This document shows positions 16,051 through 23,283 of a DNA stretch of 28,490 nt, piece by piece. The stretch's first letter is position 1. Every line of letters begins with the position of its first letter. This DNA is from a virus. Its lineage: Duplodnaviria; Caudoviricetes. A program made the translations under genes and the position numbers. The stretch is taken from IMG/VR virus record IMGVR_UViG_3300020686_000008, positions 1 to 28,490 of that record; one strand, written 5' to 3'. The notes beneath the pieces are model-generated. The model made no database searches. It worked only from the letters and a program-made list of their open reading frames with translations, and was not told where the DNA came from.

Positions 16051-16264
16051 GGTTTTAGAAGAGGTCATTGATGATGTCTTACGCCGACTACCAAACAAAA
16101 AAGAAGGGCTAAAGCCTTATGAATTGTGGAACGCTGTACCAACTTTTCGACGAGCAAAACGAGTTGATGCGTATTGTTTCGAGGAAAGAAGAAGCGCTCG
16201 CAGTAGTCGCTCTGCGGAGTGGTTGGAGTTACAAAAGAGTAGCAGTAGTAAAACCAAAGTTTGA
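16043..16264 (+). CDS. Hypothetical basic protein (73 aa)
   Basis: ATG 16043 overlapping the upstream stop region; operon packing. Confidence 0.55.
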   Translation: MRKVLEEVIDDVLRRLPNKKEGLKPYELWNAVPTFRRAKRVDAYCFEERRSARSSRSAEWLELQKSSSSKTKV

Positions 16265-16282
16265 GTTTGAGGATGCACCATT

Positions 16283-17050
16283 TTGAGCACCATAGACCAA
16301 ACAGAAGCATCACCTAGGAACTTGATTAGTCTCAAGGATTACGAGGCGAAAAAGTATTTATTACAAATTGAACTATTGAAATGGCAAAATTATGTTAAAG
16401 AAACTAATACACAACATATCATCGTTTTTGAAGGGCGTGATGCAGCGGGAAAAGGAGGTTCTATTAAACGGTTTATGGAACACCTCAACCCAAGAACAGC
16501 AAGAGTCGTGGCCCTTTCCAAGCCAACCGAGCAAGAAGCCAAAGAGTGGTACTGGCAAAGACACATCAAAGAGTTCCCCAAAGCAGGCGAAATCACGTTC
16601 TGGGACAGGTCGTGGTACAACCGAGCAGGGGTCGAATGCGTTCTTGGTTTTTGTACCAGAGAGCAAACCGAACAATTCTACAAAGAAGCGCCCATCCTTG
16701 AAAAAGTCTGGGTCGAAGGAGGAATTAAAATTATCAAGTTCTGGTACTCGGTCAGCAAAAAAGAGCAAGCCCGTCGCTTCAAAGAAAGGGAAACCCACCC
16801 GCTCAAGCAAGGCAAACTCAGCGAAGTAGACATGATTAGTCAGGATTTGTGGGATGAATACACTAGAGCCAAGAATGAGATGTTTGCGAGAACTAACATT
16901 CCCGAATGTCCTTGGATACAAGTGCGCTCAAACTGCAAAAGATCTGCGAGAATAGCGAGTATGCAGTACGTTCTGCTGAAGAATGACTACCCTGATCGGA
17001 GCCTAGAAAACATCGGGGTAATCGACTCGTCTATATTAAAAGGAGTTTGA
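16283..17050 (+). CDS. ppk2: Polyphosphate kinase 2 (single-domain, class I-like)
   Basis: Walker A FEGRDAAGKGG, HLNPR, WYWQR, Walker B DRSWYNRAGVE; TTG start after GAGGA. Confidence 0.93.
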   Translation: MSTIDQTEASPRNLISLKDYEAKKYLLQIELLKWQNYVKETNTQHIIVFEGRDAAGKGGSIKRFMEHLNPRTARVVALSKPTEQEAKEWYWQRHIKEFPKAGEITFWDRSWYNRAGVECVLGFCTREQTEQFYKEAPILEKVWVEGGIKIIKFWYSVSKKEQARRFKERETHPLKQGKLSEVDMISQDLWDEYTRAKNEMFARTNIPECPWIQVRSNCKRSARIASMQYVLLKNDYPDRSLENIGVIDSSILKGV

Positions 17051-17051
17051 C

Positions 17052-17342
17052 ATGGCAAACAAGAAGAAGATTGTAGCACCTGCAATTCGTGAAAAGAAAA
17101 CAGGGGTAGTTATTGAAGCTCCCTCTAAAGCATGGGCGCATGACCAGATAGAAGCAAAAGAGCATATACCTGATAAGAAAGTTAAGCGGGGGTTTATAAC
17201 TAGCGAAGATAAATTTGTAGGTAGGAAAAAAGCCGCCAAGATTGCTAAGAAAGCTGGGCAAATTAAAGGCGAACACGTTAAAAAATTACATTCAAGCGAC
17301 CTTCGCTTGGCTAATGGGATACCCAAAAAGAAATTTAAATGA
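17052..17342 (+). CDS. Hypothetical basic phage protein (96 aa)
   Basis: AAGGAG RBS; GFITS..FV.R..A..IA..AGQ pattern. Confidence 0.78.
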   Translation: MANKKKIVAPAIREKKTGVVIEAPSKAWAHDQIEAKEHIPDKKVKRGFITSEDKFVGRKKAAKIAKKAGQIKGEHVKKLHSSDLRLANGIPKKKFK

Positions 17343-17869
17343 ACTTTACAGAAGATTGGTTTAGCCACAATATACCTAACTTTGAACTATGCATGAACAA
17401 GTTAGCCGAGAAAGAGTTATTTCTTGAAATTGGTAGTTACGAAGGGCGCTCAACTTGTTGGTTGCTTGAGAACGGCTTGGCAGACAAAGGTAGTATGGTG
17501 TCTATTGACCCATACCCAAACCTTACCGAAGTTGAAACTAGGTTTTGGACTAATATTGCACAAGCTAAGAAAGATACTCAAGTGGTATCTGCCTTTAAAG
17601 ATACTTCATATAAAGCATTAGCCGAAATGATTGGGTATAAATATGCGTTTGACTTTATTTATGTGGATGGTAGCCACGCTCCTGATGTTGCTCTTACTGA
17701 TGCTTGTATGGCGTGGGGGTTATTAAAACAAGGTGGCGTCATGTTGTTTGATGACTACCAGTATCCACACGAAGCTACTGGCAAAGGCATTGATGCTTTC
17801 TTATCCGCTTTTGAAGGTCAATATGATTTAGTGTTTTCCAACTATCAACTGGCGGTGCAAAAGAAATGA
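17339..17869 (+). CDS. Class I SAM-dependent methyltransferase (Methyltransf_24-like)
   Basis: LEIGSYEGRS, FDFIYVDGSH, LKQGGVMLFDDY. Confidence 0.9.
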   Translation: MNFTEDWFSHNIPNFELCMNKLAEKELFLEIGSYEGRSTCWLLENGLADKGSMVSIDPYPNLTEVETRFWTNIAQAKKDTQVVSAFKDTSYKALAEMIGYKYAFDFIYVDGSHAPDVALTDACMAWGLLKQGGVMLFDDYQYPHEATGKGIDAFLSAFEGQYDLVFSNYQLAVQKK

Positions 17870-18570
17870 CACGTATAGCAGTGATAACCCCAACAATCGG
17901 AACTGATTGGTTGCCACAAGCTATGCACAGTGTTGGTATGGATGCCGAGCATTGGATTGTAGTAGATGGTATTGCCTATGCCCAGCGTGTAGCTAGCATG
18001 ATTCAAGCACACCCATATAGACAAAAGCTAATTGTGCTTCCTGAGAATACTGGCACGCCGATAGTAGGCTTTAATGGTTTACCCTATACAGGGTTCTTTA
18101 ATGGCTATCGAATAAATGCTGCTATTCCTTTGCTAACTAATGCCGACTACGTTATGTTCCTTGATGAAGATAATTGGTTTGAACCAAACCATATCACTAG
18201 CATGGTTGAGGCGCTAGAGAAAAACAACTGGGATTGGTGCTATTCATTAAGAAACGTCGTAGCAAAAGATGGTTCATTTATTTGCAAAGATGAGTGCGAC
18301 AGTCTAGGGATAATCCCTAGTTATCACGAGACAAGCGGAAGTTTTGTGGATATGAACTGTTACTTATTTAAGAACTGTGTGATTAGTCAGATAGCTCATA
18401 AGATGTTTGATTTAGTTAAGACCTACGACGGCGATAAGAATTTATATAAAGAAGCTAGTAGTAGATACCCTAACTTTGGTTGCACAGATTTGTTTACAGT
18501 AAATTATAGAATGACAAGACCGAATCAAGAAGATTTTTACTTAAAAGGAAACGAAGTATATGGAAAATAA
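17866..18570 (+). CDS. Glycosyltransferase, GT-A fold (family 2-like)
   Basis: VITPTIG, IVVDG, FLDEDNW (DxD), FVDMNC. Confidence 0.85.
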   Translation: MTRIAVITPTIGTDWLPQAMHSVGMDAEHWIVVDGIAYAQRVASMIQAHPYRQKLIVLPENTGTPIVGFNGLPYTGFFNGYRINAAIPLLTNADYVMFLDEDNWFEPNHITSMVEALEKNNWDWCYSLRNVVAKDGSFICKDECDSLGIIPSYHETSGSFVDMNCYLFKNCVISQIAHKMFDLVKTYDGDKNLYKEASSRYPNFGCTDLFTVNYRMTRPNQEDFYLKGNEVYGK

Positions 18571-19309
18571 TAAGTCACTATTTATTGCCACCCCTATGTA
18601 TGGTGGCTTATGCAACGGTTCTTATACATTAGGTATGTTACTCATGCCTGGCGTGTTTGGTAAAGCAGGTATTGGTATGCAGTATGCCCACATGATGAAT
18701 GAGTCTTTGATTACCCGTGCTCGTAATAGTTTGGCACATGACTTTTTAGAAAGCAACTGTACGCATCTTATGTTTATCGATGCCGATATTGGGTTTAACC
18801 CCAATGATATTATTCCTATGGTTGCTGCAGATAAAGATGTTATTTGTGGTTTGTACCCTAAGAAAGAAATTAACTGGGTGCAAGTAGAAGCGGCAGTTAA
18901 AGCTGGCGTTCCTACCGAAAAGCTCAAAGATCATACAGGCATTTTTGTAGTTAATGCAGTTAATTATGAGACAGAGATTGCCGCAAACATTTCTGACGTG
19001 GTTGAGATTGCTAATGGAGGTACAGGCTTTATGTTGATTAAGCGTGAAGTATTTGCTGGCTTAGCTGACAAAGTACCTGAGTATATTAACGACATGTTTG
19101 CAGTTACTGACGACCACAATCAGAAAAAAGTAATCAAAGAATACTTTGCTACTAGTATTGATTCTACATCGGGTAATCGCTTATTGTCGGAAGACTATCA
19201 TTTCTGCAAAATTGCAAGAGAAGCCGGCTTTAAAATTTGGGCAGCACCTTGGGCGCAGTTGTCCCACACAGGTTCTTACGTGTTTAGCGGTTATTTACCA
19301 AGGGTTTAA
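18560..19309 (+). CDS. GT-A fold glycosyltransferase-like protein
   Basis: IATPMYGG, ESLITRARN, FIDADI (DxD), GTGFMLIKR, LSEDYHFC. Confidence 0.8.
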   Translation: MENNKSLFIATPMYGGLCNGSYTLGMLLMPGVFGKAGIGMQYAHMMNESLITRARNSLAHDFLESNCTHLMFIDADIGFNPNDIIPMVAADKDVICGLYPKKEINWVQVEAAVKAGVPTEKLKDHTGIFVVNAVNYETEIAANISDVVEIANGGTGFMLIKREVFAGLADKVPEYINDMFAVTDDHNQKKVIKEYFATSIDSTSGNRLLSEDYHFCKIAREAGFKIWAAPWAQLSHTGSYVFSGYLPRV

Positions 19310-19311
19310 TC

Positions 19312-19611
19312 ATGGCTACTAATGAATTAGAAATTTGCACAATCCACAGCTATGCATTTCCAAAAGGCTCTAATTGCAGGGACTGCATTGCTGAGAAAAA
19401 GGCCAAGCCACATGATATGGTTAATCACCCTAAGCATTACACTAGCCACCCAAGTGGGGTTGAGTGTATTCAAATTACTGAGCATATGGGGTTTAACTTG
19501 GGTAATGCTATGAAGTATGTATGGCGTGCCGATGAAAAAGGTAATGATGTTGAGGATCTACGTAAGGCAGTTTGGTACATTAACCGTGAAATAGCTAAAA
19601 GGATTAAATAA
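19312..19611 (+). CDS. DUF3310 (T7 gp1.7/SaV-like) protein with N-terminal Cys/His motif
   Basis: VNHPKHY, ECI, FNLGNAMKY.WR, EDLRKA.WY. Confidence 0.88.
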   Translation: MATNELEICTIHSYAFPKGSNCRDCIAEKKAKPHDMVNHPKHYTSHPSGVECIQITEHMGFNLGNAMKYVWRADEKGNDVEDLRKAVWYINREIAKRIK

Positions 19612-19814
19612 TGGAGCCTATTCCATTTGCTGGCTGGGTTGATTTTGACCCCCCTAATAAGACAGAAATCGAGGGTATTTTGAAGGATATGCTTGGTGAT
19701 GACCCTCAAAGTGGAATAAAATATATAGTATTGGCCGATGGTTCGGTCTACTATTTCCGCAAAGAAGGAGACCGATATGCCCTATGTGAACAAGCCAAGA
19801 CCCTACAAACATGA
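19611..19814 (+). CDS. Hypothetical protein (67 aa)
   Basis: AAGGA RBS; TAATG overlap. Confidence 0.65.
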   Translation: MEPIPFAGWVDFDPPNKTEIEGILKDMLGDDPQSGIKYIVLADGSVYYFRKEGDRYALCEQAKTLQT

Positions 19815-20073
19815 GTATGAAATGTATGATGGAACACCAGCCGTTAAGAAGAAGCGGGCCGAGCGTAATAAAGCTCGCCGTATGCTTGAGAAAGCTGGAG
19901 TCGTTCACAAGGGGGATGGCAAGGATGTCGACCACAAGACTCCTTTATCCAAAGGTGGTAAGACTGTCCGCAGTAACTTGCGAGCCGAGTCTGCCAGCGC
20001 CAACAGATCGTATAGCCGAAACTCAGACCATACAGTAAAGCGGAATAAACCTAAAAATGGAAATAGTCGATAA
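19777..20073 (+). CDS. Small HNH endonuclease (98 aa)
   Basis: AAGGAG RBS; DVDHKTPLSKGG, SNLR, NRS. Confidence 0.85.
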   Translation: MPYVNKPRPYKHEYEMYDGTPAVKKKRAERNKARRMLEKAGVVHKGDGKDVDHKTPLSKGGKTVRSNLRAESASANRSYSRNSDHTVKRNKPKNGNSR

Positions 20074-21619
20074 CAAAGCAATTGTAATAACTACACGCAG
20101 ACCGAACCTAATAACTGAATGTATACCTAAAAGCGAAGTAATTGATACAGAGGGCGACATACATAAGGTTGCTGTTCATTGGGGTTTAGAAGAAGCACAA
20201 ACCCTTAATAAGCTGAAGATAAAAAACATTCCTTCGCCTATTAATAAAGAATATAAATGGCCTGGACTTTTTAAGCCTATGGCGCACCAAATAGAAACTG
20301 CTAGTTTCTTGACCCTAAACCAGCGTGCTTTTTGTTTTAATGAACAAGGTACTGGAAAAACTGCGTCGGCTATATGGGCAGCAGATTATCTAATGGAAAC
20401 AAACCGTATTGGTCGTGTACTTATTATCTGCCCACTATCTATTATGCAGTCGGCTTGGCAAGCAGATTTATTTAAGTTTGTTATGCACCGTAAGGTTGCC
20501 GTAGCTTATGGGGATAGACTTAAACGTAAAGCTATTATTGATAGCGATGCACAGTTTGTAATCATTAACTATGATGGTGTTGAAATCGTAGCCGATGATA
20601 TTGCAAGAAACAATTTTGACTTAGTTATTATCGATGAAGCTAATGCATATAAAACTGTTACTACGCAGCGTTGGAAAACCCTTAACCATATCTTAACTCC
20701 ACGCACTTGGCTATGGATGATGACTGGTACGCCAGCAGCACAAAGTCCTACTGATGCGTTTGGTTTAGCAAAGATGTGTGTGCCCGACAATGTACCTAGA
20801 TTCTTTGGCTCTTTCCGTGACCAGACTATGGTCAACGTAAGTAAATATCGCTGGTTACCTAAACCCGATGCCCAGCAAACTGTATTTAATGCACTACAAC
20901 CCGCAATTAGATTTGAGAAAAAAGATTGCTTAGACCTACCAGAGGTGACACATGTTTACAGGGACGCCCCCCTTACTGCGCAACAGGAGAAATACTACAA
21001 ACTCCTCAAAAAAGAAATGCTCATGGTCGCTGATGGAGAAGAAGTCAGCACTGTCAATGCTGCTATTAATCTCAATAAGCTGCTTCAAATTAGCGGTGGT
21101 GCTGTTTACTCTGATACTGGTGCTGTTGTTGAATTTGACGTTTCTAATCGGTTACGAGTTATCGAAGAAGTTATTAACGAAGCTAGCCACAAAGTTCTTG
21201 TCTTTGTACCGTTCACGCATACAATAGAACTACTCAGTGCGTATTTGAGAGGGGCAGGTATTAGCTGCGAAATTATAAATGGGGCTGTTCCCGTAAATAA
21301 ACGCACTGAAATTTTCAAGAAATTTCAAGAAGAATCTGAGCCACGTGTACTTCTTATACAACCCCAAGCAGCTTCACACGGAGTCACACTAACAGCAGCA
21401 GATACCATCGTCTGGTATGCACCAGTAACATCTATTGAAACTTACTTGCAAGCTAATGCTCGTATTGATAGGCAAGGTCAAAAGAATAAGATGACTATAG
21501 TGCACATTAAGGGTAGTCCCGTAGAGACAAAGCTGTATCATATGTTGCAAAATAAGCTTGATGTTCATGAAAAAATAATTGATTTATATAAACAAGAAGT
21601 AGTTGACACAGTAAAGTAG
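20057..21619 (+). CDS. SNF2-family (SF2) helicase
   Basis: EQGTGKT, IIDEA, MTGTP, HGVTLT, QANARIDRQGQ. Confidence 0.92.
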   Translation: MEIVDNKAIVITTRRPNLITECIPKSEVIDTEGDIHKVAVHWGLEEAQTLNKLKIKNIPSPINKEYKWPGLFKPMAHQIETASFLTLNQRAFCFNEQGTGKTASAIWAADYLMETNRIGRVLIICPLSIMQSAWQADLFKFVMHRKVAVAYGDRLKRKAIIDSDAQFVIINYDGVEIVADDIARNNFDLVIIDEANAYKTVTTQRWKTLNHILTPRTWLWMMTGTPAAQSPTDAFGLAKMCVPDNVPRFFGSFRDQTMVNVSKYRWLPKPDAQQTVFNALQPAIRFEKKDCLDLPEVTHVYRDAPLTAQQEKYYKLLKKEMLMVADGEEVSTVNAAINLNKLLQISGGAVYSDTGAVVEFDVSNRLRVIEEVINEASHKVLVFVPFTHTIELLSAYLRGAGISCEIINGAVPVNKRTEIFKKFQEESEPRVLLIQPQAASHGVTLTAADTIVWYAPVTSIETYLQANARIDRQGQKNKMTIVHIKGSPVETKLYHMLQNKLDVHEKIIDLYKQEVVDTVK

Positions 21620-21631
21620 TTGTTGTAGTAT
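21603..21631 (+). promoter_or_regulatory. Sigma70-type promoter for the SSB/primase operon
   Basis: TTGACA-17 nt-TAGTAT overlapping the helicase stop. Confidence 0.7.
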
Positions 21632-21673
21632 TAATTATCGGGCAAAGATCCGAAATAACTTAAGGAAAACGAA

Positions 21674-22093
21674 ATGATACAAGATGCCGAAACGGTAGAA
21701 CCCATTGCCAATATAGATAAGCTAGTCGAAGTCTATATTAAAATTCGTGATGCACGTGATGAAGTGCGTCGTGAAGCAGATAAAAAAGAAGCTGATTTAA
21801 ACGAGCAGCTAGAAATTATTTCCCAGCAGATACTTGAGGTTTGCAAGCAGACTGGTGCCGACAGCATTAAAACACAACACGGTACTGCTATGCGAGGCGT
21901 CAAGTCACGTTTCTGGACTAATGATTGGGAGAAGTTTTACGAGTTCTTATTTGAACAAAAAGCCCCCGAATTATTAGAAAGAAGAATTCACCAAACCAAC
22001 ATGAAGCAATTCTTGGAGGAGAATCCGGACATGCATCCCGCCGGCCTAAATGTGGAACGCACATACGCTATAACTGTAAGGAGAAGCAAATGA
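21674..22093 (+). CDS. Conserved phage replication-module protein (139 aa, coiled-coil N-terminus)
   Basis: TAAGGA RBS; S.KT.HGT, DW..F, P.G..V pattern; directly upstream of putative SSB. Confidence 0.8.
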   Translation: MIQDAETVEPIANIDKLVEVYIKIRDARDEVRREADKKEADLNEQLEIISQQILEVCKQTGADSIKTQHGTAMRGVKSRFWTNDWEKFYEFLFEQKAPELLERRIHQTNMKQFLEENPDMHPAGLNVERTYAITVRRSK

Positions 22094-22974
22094 GTAACGT
22101 CGCCTTGTTCAACCAAAATCTACCCGACTATCTTAAAGAAGTCGAACTTGATGAAGTCACTAAAGCCCTATCGGGTGGTGGTGAGAGTCAAACTAAACGC
22201 ATTGCGCTCGGACCAAACAAGTTCGTGCTTAAAGTAAACGGCGCTGAGATTTCAAAGACCAACACAAACAAGTTGGAAGTTGTAATCGTTAATGCATCTA
22301 AGCATATTTCCAGAACATTCTATGCAAAAGCATGGGACCCAAAAGCTGATGCAGCTCCACCTGATTGCTGGTCTAATGATGGCGAGAAACCTGATGCTTC
22401 TGTTAAAGAGCCACAAGCGTCAAGCTGCACAGGATGTCCACAAGACATTAATGGTTCTGGTCAAGGTAGTACTAAAGCCTGCCGTAAGAACCGTCGTATT
22501 GCTGTAGCTTTAGCTTCTGATTTAGGTGGTGATGTTTATCAAATGACATTGCAATCCAAGTCAATCTTCTACGATATGAAAGACCCTGGCGATTTAGATC
22601 ACATGCCATTTAACCAATACGCTAAGTATGTTGGCTCACAAGGCTACAACTTAATTAACTTGGTTACTGAAATGCGATTTGATGAAGACTCAACAGTCGG
22701 TAAGTTGTTCTTCCGCCCAGTACGCTTCTTAGAAAAACACGAGTGGGAACAAGCTGTTAAGTTGAGCGAAACCCCAGCAGCTAAGAATGCTATTGCTATG
22801 ACTGTCGCACAAACAGATGGTGTTAAGAAGCTAGCTGCGCCTACTGCAGCAGCAAAGGCAGAAGCCGACCCTATTCCTGAGCCTAAAAAGCGTGAGGAAA
22901 AGAAAGCCGAGCCTACACCTAAGCGTGACTTAAAAGCCGTGATGAGCGGTTGGTCTACTGACGATTCAGAATGA
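22090..22974 (+). CDS. Putative single-stranded DNA-binding/annealing protein
   Basis: P.CWS.DG..P, C..CP, KAC; Ala/Pro/Lys linker; acidic tail WSTDDSE; position in the replication module. Confidence 0.65.
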   Translation: MSNVALFNQNLPDYLKEVELDEVTKALSGGGESQTKRIALGPNKFVLKVNGAEISKTNTNKLEVVIVNASKHISRTFYAKAWDPKADAAPPDCWSNDGEKPDASVKEPQASSCTGCPQDINGSGQGSTKACRKNRRIAVALASDLGGDVYQMTLQSKSIFYDMKDPGDLDHMPFNQYAKYVGSQGYNLINLVTEMRFDEDSTVGKLFFRPVRFLEKHEWEQAVKLSETPAAKNAIAMTVAQTDGVKKLAAPTAAAKAEADPIPEPKKREEKKAEPTPKRDLKAVMSGWSTDDSE

Positions 22975-23198
22975 GTCTAAGAGGCTACAGCTATCGCTTG
23001 GTCAAAGCAGTTCAAGCTGCTAATCCTGAGTTAATCGGGGTTCGGCTTGGACAGCATTGCATAGCCAAAGATATACCAGTATGGGAAGTGGCAGAGCTAT
23101 TTAGCGTTTCTCGTATGTCGGTGTATCAATGGTTCACTGGGGCTTCAAAACCTCACCCACGCAAAGCTGAATTAATAAAGAAGTATCTATCGAAGTAA
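22971..23198 (+). CDS. Cro/XRE-like HTH protein (75 aa)
   Basis: VWEVAELFSVSRMSVYQWFTG..P. Confidence 0.8.
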   Translation: MSLRGYSYRLVKAVQAANPELIGVRLGQHCIAKDIPVWEVAELFSVSRMSVYQWFTGASKPHPRKAELIKKYLSK

Positions 23199-23204
23199 GT
23201 CTAC

Positions 23205-23268
23205 GGGGGCAGCTAGCTTGACGGAGCGAATAGGGGTATTGCCGAACCCCATGCTGCCCTTTTCTTTT
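23205..23268 (+). promoter_or_regulatory. Candidate structured leader/attenuator of the primase-helicase gene
   Basis: GGGGGCAGC/GCTGCCCTT closing stem enclosing two hairpins, followed by TTTTCTTTT. Confidence 0.5.
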
Positions 23269-23283
23269 CGGTTCTGAGGTTAT

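Noticed and set aside
16373-16921. Long overlapping ORFs within ppk2 (182 aa minus strand, 145 aa alternate frame)
   Set aside because: Shadow frames of a well-supported gene, no RBS or motifs
21708-21735. Further copy of the 28-bp motif (TAGATA agct AGTCGA)
   Set aside because: Three core mismatches and poor arms; explained by the IDKLVE coding sequence
23205-23261. tRNA gene
   Set aside because: Only two internal arms, about 57 nt, no TTCRA T-loop, no CCA
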